Of a DNA stretch of 64,000 nucleotides, positions 12,546 to 22,505 are shown piece by piece. The stretch's first letter is position 1. The number at the start of each line of letters is the position of its first letter. The position numbers and the translations under genes were made by a program. Source of the DNA: Anthoceros angustus (lineage: Eukaryota; Plantae; Anthocerotophyta); assembly GCA_010909165.1 (NCBI GenBank), contig MU008173.1, positions 310,001 through 374,000 of the forward strand, read 5' to 3'. The notes under the pieces are model-generated. The model was not told where the DNA came from. It ran no database searches and saw nothing but the letters and a program-made list of their open reading frames with translations.

Positions 12546-13141
12546 AATTGATGGGCTAACCTTAGAAGCAACCTTGGAATGAAGGCTAACCTTAGAAGCA
12601 AATGCCGTCAAATCGAGCCACATTTGGTCGGTCAGTGTAGAGGTACTCCTCCGGAAACATGTCTGTGCGGTGGACAAAAAGCGATAAGGGATAAGCTCTG
12701 CGAGTTGCGTGGCTTAATACAACTGCGAGTCAAAGTGCCGAAGATAATGATGACAATGGAGGAGAAAATGGACCAAGTGATGACGAAGGATTGAACTACG
12801 GGGATGAGTGAAGCGAAATCTCGTTTTTCCGGGGTCCCGAGTTAATGTTGTAAATCAGTTCTTGATATTCTTGTGTTAGGGAAATACCCCGTCGTGGCTT
12901 TTGTGGTGTCATAACAAAACCACATTTTCCTCCAAAAGCGAGTTCTGACCGTCCCTTCCGGCGGCCTTCCTCACCGTTCCTACTTTGCATTATTCCGTGG
13001 GTTCGAGTTTGTGACCACCATTCGACACAAACATTCTTTGGATGGAAAGTAGTAACTTTCTGGGTGAGACCCTTTTTCGAGCTGTTTTTCGCAATGCCTT
13101 CAAAACGCTGTTTTAGGGCCCATCAAAAACCCCCTTCGAGA

Positions 13142-14082
13142 TTATTCACCCCCTTCAAAAATTATCATGTTCTTGGCCCAGAATTGAGATGGACCTCGAC
13201 GATGCGGCTCGTGTATCAGCTCCTCCTCCACATCCCGCAGTACTTCATATCCATGTACATGCTGTGGAATGAATTCTGCACATCTCTTGTCTGCCTCGAT
13301 AGAAAGACAATTGCGCGACAACAAGGCGACCATCAAAGATGTACCGCTACCGCACATGCATCCAATATCCATTCCCTTCCTTGGAGAATGTCTTGATAAG
13401 CTTCATCATCAAACCTAAAGGTCAGGGTAGGCGGACAACAAGTTTGTCAAGTGAATGGTATACCGACTTTTTCACAATATGGTGGGCAATCACCAACCAT
13501 CATTGAAAGTGCCCCGCAAAGCATTAGGTAACATGATGACCCGCAACTCGAGCTTTTCTTCAGACCCCAACCGACAATGACATACTCCACCGTATGGAAC
13601 CCACCCTTGTCATTGTTGACATTTGTCTTGTCCCACACAAATGAAACAAGTCCACGCCTCTGGCACCACTTCCGCATAGGCTCGTGCACAATATGTGAAT
13701 CTTCCACACGATGCATTATGATCATCCTAAAATGCTCGCATTCAGTTAAGTATTGGAAGGAATGCAAAACATTACCCACTTGCCAAGCATCAAACCTTCC
13801 ATGCTTAGGGCCCTTGTCCAATCCACGTGGGACATCCATCACAAGCAAAGAGTACCTCCTCTTCCTCACAAAACCTCGCATATCTTGGACATCTCGAGCA
13901 TGAATCTGATACTGCACTTTTTTCTCCGACTGTGGGACAGTGAATTGCAACCGTCCCTCTTCTATGTCCCTATCTGCGAGCTCCCGTTGCTCATCCTCCA
14001 AGCCCTTCCACGTGTTGACCTCATAACTAAACTGTTGAAAGTTTTCAGGGTACTTTGTGAGGAATTCAATGTCTTTTTGTTG
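13142..14082 (-). pseudogene. Beta-class DNA N4-cytosine/N6-adenine methyltransferase (N6_N4_Mtase-like), frameshifted exon
   Basis: In beta-class order: YQIHARDVQDM; LLVMDVPRG (motif IV-like, 13836-13825); SFVWDK; HTVEYVIVG; then across frameshifts PLGLMMKLIKTFSKEG / EWILDACA / GSGTSLMVALLSRNCLSIEADKRCAEFI (motif I, ~13368-13337). Branch/acceptor CTGAC...TTTTTTGTGCAG precedes 14082. Confidence 0.8.
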
Positions 14083-14240
14083 CTGCACAAAAAACAGGTT
14101 GTTTGTCAGTATTAGCTACATGGGAGAGGGACTTCGCCGGCATGCCCTCCTAGGGCCTCCGGGTTCGATCCAGATAAGGGCGGCATGCCGCGCCTCCCTG
14201 CTACCCCTCAGCATAGACGCCCCAACTTCCCACACAAGGG

Positions 14241-14865
14241 GGGCGCCGGCATGCCGGCGCCCTCCCTTAGGCTACTGCTCAACATAGATGCCCCAACTTC
14301 CCACACAAGGGGGGCGCCGGCATGCCGGCGCCTCCCTTCCCACACCACATGCCGGCGCACCCAATGGTGTGAGAGAAGGGGCGCTGGCATGCCGGCGCCC
14401 CCCAAGCGGGAATATGGAAAATCGGGCATAGGGAAGGAGGAAGGAAGAACATTATAATATTTTAAGCGGCAGAATATACATCAAGCAGCTTTTGACGTGA
14501 ATATACGCGAAACGGGGTTTTCGATGGGCATTGAAATGCGTATTCAGCTGCTGAAGACCCTAAACACGCCGTAAGTGACACGCCTAGGCGCCGGCATTCC
14601 GACGTCCAAGATGCACGGCCTTTGGCAATGAATGCTGGACGTCGGACAAACACCCTCCTTCTGCTGAGAAACTACCTGAACCGTAATGGCTTCTCTAGAC
14701 TGCTCAACATCGGTTAGACACCCTAGGCTAGTGGCTAAGAAACCACCTGAACCCTGATGGCTTCTCCGGACTGGCTATTAAAAACAAGGAGCATGGGGGA
14801 GCATAAGGGCATGAAGAAGAAGAAGAAGAAGAATGAGGGCATGAGGGCGCCGGCATGCCGGCGCC
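14241..14865. repeat. Recurrent perfect palindrome GGCGCCGGCATGCCGGCGCC
   Basis: 22-bp perfect copy at 14241-14262; 20-bp copies at 14313-14332 and 14846-14865; variant at ~14381-14400; the first two sit in a ~71 bp tandem unit. Confidence 0.9.
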
Positions 14866-15711
14866 TTAAAAGCTAAACTTTCCATATTGTGTAGGCTTTA
14901 AAGGTAAGTTTTTCCTATTGTGTGCGGAATAAATAATGTGGATTGAAATGAGAGCACAGTAAAAGTGATAGATGATTGGTTTGGTTTAAATTAAAATTCC
15001 CTTATTTGTTTTCCCTTTGATAGCACTAATCCATGAAGAAGGTGGGACTCGACAAGTACAAAACACACACCACACACATGCAAACGGCAATTGCATTCCA
15101 TGATTTCGGGAAGATGGAAACAGGGACTCTCACCGCTACATGTTGAATTTCCATTGTCATCTCCAATACTTATTACACCCCCCTCAAAACCGTTTTTCCA
15201 AAACCATATACCCTTTATGTACTGAATGAATAGCAAAAAGCCTATCCATTCAGTAGGCTTTTTGCCGGTGGCCTCTTCGCTGGCCACCAACGGAGTGTCA
15301 TGTATGGGCATTATTTCAAGGTAAATGTGTGCTTACCGAGGCTGTATATCCCTTTTTCAGCCCAACTCATGGCATGTTTCCGGCTTCCTACACACACAGC
15401 AAACTTTTACAACATTTTTTGTGGAAACTGGCAGGAACAGGTGTTTCGTGCCCATGTTCCCGCCGGTTACCAGTATATTCATTGGAAAAGCCGCTTCCTG
15501 TTTATTCCGACGGTATAAATATTATGGTGTTCAAAGCTATAACAATAAACAAGAGCAGCGATACATTCGGTGTTGTTTGTAAACTTCAAGAAGCAAATGA
15601 CAAATATGTAACATGGATATGCGCAAGAATCATGTCACATACTTGCTTGATGGCTCAAATACCAACTGCACTTCCGCTGCATACAGTCACATCCTCCAAC
15701 TCCCAGCAGCC

Positions 15712-16022
15712 ATGGTACGGTATAGCAGTACTGTAGCCTTCACGATTGCTCTCATGATGGTGATGTCCCTCATGGAGTCAAGATAAGCACGGGAGCTAGC
15801 CCTCACAATTGCTCTCATGGTGGTGATGTCCCTCATGGCGTCAAGATAAGCACGGGAGCTCGTGCTGAATTTGGCCGTAAATATGCGTCAATTGGGAGTT
15901 AATATTTGATACACCTCCGAAGTGCACGTCAATGATTACTGCACCAATTCTAACTACATTTGCCTCATATGCTCTCACTGTTTTTGTCCTATGGGGGAAC
16001 AACATAAGTGTTGGTGAACTAG
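15712..16022 (+). pseudogene. Pseudogene of the small Cys-rich peptide gene at 26444
   Basis: Aligns to 26444-26686; GGAGAA changed to AGATAA (stop), ~60 bp internal duplication, degraded Cys motif. Confidence 0.85.
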
Positions 16023-16067
16023 CTTCTTCATTTCTTATTTCCATGAAGGGTATGGATATGTATATCT

Positions 16068-16799
16068 CTACCTAGCCTCACGAGTTGTCTCACCTCCGCC
16101 ACATCTTTGTGTACCAATAAGACAGGCATGATGTTTGTAACAGGTAGCGCCATAGGGCCGTGAAGATAGGATGGAGGGCACCCCATCCAAGCATGACTGA
16201 TTTGATCCATCCTCTACATGAGAATCGAGTGTTGGTCCATCCTCTACATGAGAATCGAGTGTTGGTCCATGCTGTACATGAAAATTGAGTGTTGGTCCAT
16301 GCTCTATGTGAGAATCGAGTGTTGGTCCATGCTCTACATGAGAATTGAGTGTTGGTCCATGCTCTACATGAGAATTGAATGTTGGTCCATCCTCTACATG
16401 AGAATTGAGTGTTGGTCCATCCTCTATATGGTGGTTTATCTCACCCCTACAAAGTGGGCATGTGTTTGGCCAAGAATATCTATTCAACCATGGGTTTAGA
16501 CAATCTTTGTGATATATGTGAGAACATGTAATTAATTTAGTAATCTCTTCACCTAATACACTGGATTCTATACAAATCTCACACATTACTTCATCATGAT
16601 ATTCACTTTCATAAACACTTATAGATAGATTGTTGTGATTGATATTTGTAGATGGACTTTCACTATCGTCAGCATCAATAACTCTAGAAGCAATAATATC
16701 CCTATAATCCAATATTTCAAGAAGTACTTGTTGTACTTCTTTTTTTATAGCTAGGTATTTTGTAGAGAGGGATGTTTTACTTATGATCGAAAATGGCAT
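16068..16799 (-). CDS. RING-H2 zinc-finger protein with 10-aa tandem repeats
   Basis: CEIC-x15-C-x-H-x2-H-x2-C...W...CPLC; then GPTL(N/D)SHVE(D/H) repeats; AT-rich intronless ORF. Confidence 0.68.
   Translation of the reverse strand: MPFSIISKTSLSTKYLAIKKEVQQVLLEILDYRDIIASRVIDADDSESPSTNINHNNLSISVYESEYHDEVMCEICIESSVLGEEITKLITCSHIYHKDCLNPWLNRYSWPNTCPLCRGEINHHIEDGPTLNSHVEDGPTFNSHVEHGPTLNSHVEHGPTLDSHIEHGPTLNFHVQHGPTLDSHVEDGPTLDSHVEDGSNQSCLDGVPSILSSRPYGATCYKHHACLIGTQRCGGGETTREAR
16205..16430. repeat. 30 bp tandem repeat, ~7.5 copies, within the RING ORF
   Basis: CATCCTCTACATGAGAATCGAGTGTTGGTC units head to tail, no spacers. Confidence 0.92.
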
Positions 16800-16891
16800 A
16801 GAGGACTAATTTATAGGCCAAAGCATGTAATTTAAGCTGAATTATATTTTAATTTTAAAATCCAGCTTTTCGAAAACATTGAGATGAAATA

Positions 16892-17326
16892 CCGTACCCT
16901 GAGGGGTGATTCGGCATTAATTAATTAAAATTAGTAAAAGTTGAATGTCTGGAAATTATTATACTTAAAATGTTGAATATATAAAAATTTATGAGTTTAA
17001 GATGCCGAAAACAAGGAAACTAGGGTTTGTATGGAAAATTAGGACCTGTTTATACATATTCATTAGTTATATATAATGAGATGATTTATCGAGGTAAAAG
17101 AACGATGGAAAGAGACCATCTAGAAGGGGACAACAAATGGGGACCCGGGGGTCGGAGTTTAGTTATATATATATATATCTACATATTTTAATAAATTTTG
17201 AAATTTAATAAATTTATTTTTAGTAAATATTGGAAATTTGAAAAATATAAATATCTATGTTGAACCTTATTTTTTCAAAAAATAATTATTTCAGCATTAT
17301 CCTGTTGAAGCATCCTCGGGGTACGG
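16892..17326. mobile_element. AT-rich MITE, Tc1/mariner-like (TA target duplication)
   Basis: TA|CCGTACCCTGAGG... at 16892 and ...CCTCGGGGTACGG|TA at 17326 form imperfect TIRs flanked by TA. Confidence 0.65.
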
Positions 17327-18671
17327 TATATGATTGAAAGCTCTGAGATGGAGCAGATTATTTGATATAAGAGTCATCTAGAGCTTATGGTCCGAGGTGG
17401 TTGAGGAGATTGAAGTGCCAGAAGATTTGAAATTGATATTGCCAAAGCGACTTCCATCTGGTTTGTGAGGAGCTTGCTCACGGCATTAGCATGCCGGCCG
17501 AAAGCGAAGCAGTTGGATATCGAGGACATCACCAGAGCTCCTCTTTTGGCTAAGAATCAAGACAGTTCAGCATGAGCCGCCAGAATTCATGAGCAACCTA
17601 CAATGGAATGACCCGACTGAAGGCGTAAAATTGGGCACTTGTACCGTTTCCAAGCTGCTGAGGAACCTCAAGGCCCATGCACAGTATACCTTGGGCTGCG
17701 GCGTGGATGGCTCTTCATTTCCCGGGATTTTTGGTTCATGCTCTTCAAGGTCGAGGGGAGGAAATCTCGTGCGATACAGACTTGCTGCTGCTGGATGACT
17801 GCCCCTGGAACAGAGGGAGTTGCAACAGCTGTGGCCGCATTGGGAAGTGTTGTGAACCCTTGTAGTGGCCCTCGTACATTGTGAATCCGCAAGCCCGAAA
17901 TGGCAGTTTGGAACACTAGCACTTGGGGTTCCACCGTACGCCTTCAGGGTTGAACTCAGAAGCTGTTAGAATTGAACCTACTACATGTCCAACTTCCCGC
18001 TCATCGACTACAATCTTGGTCCTACAATTGGGGCTTGGATGAGGTAACAGTCTGCTCTAGCCTTTGAATGAATCATACTGGTACTGCTGAACACATTAGC
18101 AACAATCCTAGCAATTTCGGGGGTGGCGAATTCCATCGGTAATGCTGGCTCGAAGGCACCGAGGGTTTGATTGCCCCAAGGGATATGGCTCCACATCCAG
18201 AGGCCTTGGCGCTGGACGCCGTCGAGATCCAGGAAGCAGACGAGTCACCTTACCTTATTTCTCTGGACTACCGATCGCACAGTGGAGAGCAAGACAGCAA
18301 CAGCAGGTGATGACCCACTTAGTGCTCTCGCTGTATCATAGCTCTCCACCAGTGTCATCTTCAGAGCTTTGGAAGATGATGAAGTTCAGAGCAGATAGCG
18401 CAGTGTCTCGACACGTGTTGGCAGCGCTAGCTGATGACTCTGAGGTGTCGGGATTTGAAGAGTGCACTGTCCTCAGTGTTCAGGCTCCAAGTTTTGGACG
18501 AAGCTCCTGAAGGCTGGTCCATGTATTGCCGAGCTCGCGGTGCTTTGCTTTGATCGGGTCTTGGTAGCTGGGGCATAAACTCACCTTTTGTGCGGTGTTG
18601 CCATTTTGAAATCGAAGCTGGGGGCCTGCTCGCGATTCGCCACTACCCCCGCGGTCGCAACCGCCTCAATT

Positions 18672-19960
18672 ATGTCGAGTGACTCACTCCCAGATGTGCT
18701 CCTGGTTCAGATCTGGATCTTCCTTGATGCCACTTTCCTCTCTCGGCGAGGTTTGCTCCCAAAATGCCCTCGGTGGGCAGTAATTCTCCGCCCCCTCCTT
18801 GTGCCTGCAATTCACACGCACTCTTCTCTGCAGGTGATCCGGACTTGGTGGAGTTTATTTTTCACTGTTTCCTTTCTGCTTGAAGCACATCACACCAAGC
18901 GCAATCGCAGGTGGCACAGGGATGTCGGGCACAATTGGAAAGACTATCCATCCTCTAACCCGATTCTTTGCAGCTGGATCGCAGATGGCAGATTGAAACC
19001 CATTCCTCGTAGACCAGAAGTACCAGCATCTGCACCATCGTTTCAGAGCGATGTGGGCCTCAATAAACTGCTCTGTGATTCTTCTACACACGGGCAACAA
19101 TGTTTCTCTTAACCCAGACTTTTGCAAGCCTGCAGTTATTGAATTTGGTACAACAGGCGCACGTGCAGGTAAATCTTGTTTGAGTAGACGCTGGCAAAAT
19201 GAACCTGGTGGATTAAGGGAGCTACAGCATCTGCAGAGTGTTCATGTATGAACGATGTACTGTATGTTGGTGCAGGTTGGGTGTTCATACTCCTGGTCGT
19301 TGCTGCGTTTGCAGCTGGAGTGGTTTGTGTTGCTATGATAATCAGGTGCATGTGCTCAAGGAGGCAGGACTTGGATCATGAGGTAACACTGGAGCCGTTA
19401 ACTACGTTGCAGAGAACTCTGACCAGTTGATGAGGCCGTCGAGGTGCCTGACATGTCTCTCACGTTCTAGCAGGCAGAAGGGCCCCCGTGCAGAACATCT
19501 TGGTTCACTAGTTGTGGAGAAGCTCTTTCCAGTAACTTTGCTGAGGTAATATCGACACTTGGAAGCTCCTGTTGCATGGCACTGGGGTTGTACAGAGGGG
19601 AGGCTAGTGTAAGAGAACAAGCCAGACTTCTTCCATGCCAGAACCAGAATGCTGGGGTGGTGGGTGAGGTTGGCACAAACGTTCTGGTTGCTGGATCTCC
19701 AGGGAGCTTTCCCTGGCAAGTTGGTGATGCTGATAAGGATGATGTCGAGGCAGGACGACGAGTTAGGTCTGCGACCGTACCAAGTGGAGTCACTCCGGAG
19801 GTCATGCAGAGCGCGAGGCCTGATATCGAAAATGTTGAGGTGGAACTTCTGTTCCCGTGAGACTATGTTCTCCACCACAAGAACAGTGAAGAGGGGACGA
19901 TGTCGCAGCAGGTTTTGCCAGGGATCCTGTTGCAGAAGCCTGCCCACAATCCAATGCTGA
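18672..19960 (+). pseudogene. Degenerate F-box / F-box-associated-domain gene
   Basis: SLPDVLLVQIWIFLD...VIRTWWSLFFTVSFL resembles an F-box; later fragments (CSCMNDVLY, EGRLV, TFWLLDL) occur in shifting frames with stops. Confidence 0.45.
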
Positions 19961-20083
19961 AGACGCAGCAGCCAAATCGAGAAGCAAAACAGAAGTGAAC
20001 TATCCCTACATTGGATCAGAAGTAAGGCTCTGAGACTTCAAGACCACCCTCCTCCCCGTTTCATAGGCAAGCTTGCTTGGTTG

Positions 20084-20238
20084 CCATCAAGCAAGCTGAG
20101 AATGGTGGAAATAGTGACAACTGTTGAATTTCTACCATCAAGCAAGCTGAGGATACTGTAAATACTGACAACTGTTGAATTTCTACCATCAAGCAAGCTG
20201 AGAATACTGCAAATACTGACAACGGCTGAATTTCTCTC
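20084..20238. repeat. 51 bp x3 tandem repeat
   Basis: CCATCAAGCAAGCTGAG...TGACAACTGTTGAATTTCTA period 51. Confidence 0.85.
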
Positions 20239-20972
20239 TCACTTTGCTAGCTAATTGAACACTAAATGTACAGTCATGCTGCTGGATGCTGCGGACTGAG
20301 AGCACAATTCCAAGCTCGCAAAGTATTACCGGGCAACTGAACGTGCGCGACATGTGATGAAGCATCACTTCAATTTCCATAGTAACAGATCTTTGCCAAT
20401 GCACAGCCTTCGTCCACTTCCGAAAGGAAGCAGGGACAACGGCTTTGGGATCACCTGTCAGTTGAGAAGTAACAGACAGTACGCATAATGAATTGAGCAG
20501 ACAGTACGCAGAATGAATTGGACAGACAGAACGGAAGCCTAGCTCTGATATCGAGAAAAATGGGCAGCAGCTTACATGGGACCAAGACGGTTTGAACTCT
20601 CCGTGTCCTCCAAGGTCTGTGGGCTGTGGTGCGAGTTCTGGAGTATAAGAACCTGATTCCGGCCTTTTTTGGATATGATATTGAGCAGCACAATCCATGT
20701 GGTATATTTCTACCGGCCTGTTTTATGAATTTTAAGGAAATCTGGAATCCTGAAACCACAGAAGTATATCACTTAGAAAAACAAAAAGAAGTAAAGACTT
20801 GTAACCTTGGCCTGCCTTTTCCATATGTAGTTGCTATGTTTTTAATCGGACCAAGTGGGGATGTATATATAGATCACCAAAGTTATCTTTTAAGTTCATT
20901 TGAAGTTTATATTTTTCTAATATATTATTTGATTATATCTTTGTATCTTTAACACCGCATAAGTTAACGGCT

Positions 20973-21150
20973 GTCACATAAATAATAGCTTTGTTGCTTT
21001 GCTGTGTAGACTTTTTAGTAAGAGTGCATAAGGATCTTGGATCACTTGTTATATTGGATAAGTCACATAAATAATAGCTTTGTTGCTTTGCTGTGTAGAC
21101 TTTTTAGTAAGAGTGCATAAGGATCTTGGATCACTTGTTATATTGGATAA
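20973..21150. repeat. ~89 bp x2 tandem repeat
   Basis: GTCACATAAATAATAGCTTTGTTGC...GTTATATTGGATAA twice. Confidence 0.85.
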
Positions 21151-21765
21151 CACCGAGGACTGAGATCTTTTTCCTAGTGGGGAAGAAAGTAACAGCCTCG
21201 AGTGAAACGGTAAAAAATGGAAAGTGAAATGAGAGATGAAAGTAGAAGTTGTCATGTTAGCTGCATGTGCATCTTGGGACTAAAAGGTCGCATGCATGCT
21301 TTCCAAGAGAGGAGCTTGCAATGTGTGGTGGCATGAGATCCTAGAGTAAGCAGTTGGCCAGATAGGATGAGCTTATAGTAATACATGACCAAGTTCTTAG
21401 AGCTTAACAAAGACATTGCTTAGAGAGCATTATGGGAAGCTAGCTTGCAATTGGAGGAGTCTCAATAGATGAGAGCTTTGTCACGGGTAGTACCAAACAG
21501 GTGTTGTTTCTTAGTCCGACTCTACGTTATACTCTTTGTGAGGAAAGAACATCAGCAGAGGCTTATCTATGACGTGTTGGCAGACAAACACCCATGATCT
21601 TAAGCTGTGTGTTGCTTGCCACATGACACTCAGTGATTCGCTGCAATTAATCGATATAAGGGCAAAATTTTACCGATACCAGGGTAAAATGTTATCGAAA
21701 GAGGAACTAAAATTCACTATATATGTCAATCATGGTGATCAATTAGTTCATTCAGGCATATCACA

Positions 21766-22408
21766 ATGGTTTTAAAGTATTGGATATTAAGTGTTTTAAT
21801 AGGACTTGTAGTATTATCTTCTTTGGAAATATCTTCTTTTTCACCTGCGATGAGCGAAGCAAAACGAACAGGAATTTTCGGAGCTTATAGTGGTGTAGTC
21901 GCCACAACTTATAATGTCACATATTATCCTACTTATGCGGACATAACTCCTAGTAAGGCTTTCAAAACCTAAATTTCTTATTTTTATCAATTATTATGAA
22001 AAAAATTGAAATGCTTTTGAATATGTTTCTAGATTGAGGTGTATACGTATGTATTGATTCTACTTTGTTCTTGCTACAGGGTGTAGTCTCGCCTTTGATG
22101 AGGAGTTAGACAAAGGCTCATGGATTATCCTTCGTACTAGTATCATCCAGCAACAAAATATTTCATGTCATCAAGAATTGGATATTTGTGACTTGAGTTC
22201 TCTTGTTGATCCATCCATACAATACACTTCATCAAATACATGTGAAGGAAGAGATAGTGAGAGACTAAAATTTTTGGGAGAAGTGACATGTCAGAAAACT
22301 AAACCACTTGATTGTCCGGAGGCAGTCATATCAAAACCAGCTTGGAAAAGACTCTTCGGCCCATTTGGAGTACACAAATCCGCAGAAATTGCTATAGATT
22401 TTGTATAA
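21766..22408 (+). CDS. Orphan secreted Cys-containing protein, paralogue of 6784 (exons 21766-21952, 22080-22408)
   Basis: Signal peptide; same phase-1 intron (CCTA|GTAAGG ... TACAG); open frame conserved, Cys invariant. Confidence 0.75.
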
Positions 22409-22505
22409 GCCAAAAATTTATCAGTGAATATTAACGCTTTATTAAAAGACATGTTTTAAATTTTACGAATAAATTTGAATACAAATTAGTCTCATTTTTA
22501 TAAGA

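Larger units (their letters stand above)
9760..15531. mobile_element. ~5.8 kb TIR-bounded DNA element with 3-bp CAA target duplication, carrying an amino-methyltransferase relic; superfamily unassigned
   Basis: Left end AACACCATAATATTCATACCGGCGGAATAA (9760-9789) vs reverse complement of right end AACACCATAATATTTATACCGTCGGAATAA (15502-15531), 28/30 identical; empty site CACACAAAGCTG at ~26259-26270. Confidence 0.85.

Noticed and set aside
11526-12601. Many overlapping 100-210 aa Ala/Gly/Arg/Pro ORFs
   Set aside because: Expected by-product of a stop-poor GC-rich minisatellite; no domain signal
13142-14088. Bacterial restriction-modification system or contaminant contig
   Set aside because: No cognate nuclease or operon; the segment is bounded by TIRs within collinear plant paralogous sequence and has a spliceosomal-type acceptor
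16205-16430. CRISPR-like array (30-bp repeats; also 28 bp x3 at 5621)
   Set aside because: Repeats are contiguous with no unique spacers, no cas genes, eukaryotic context
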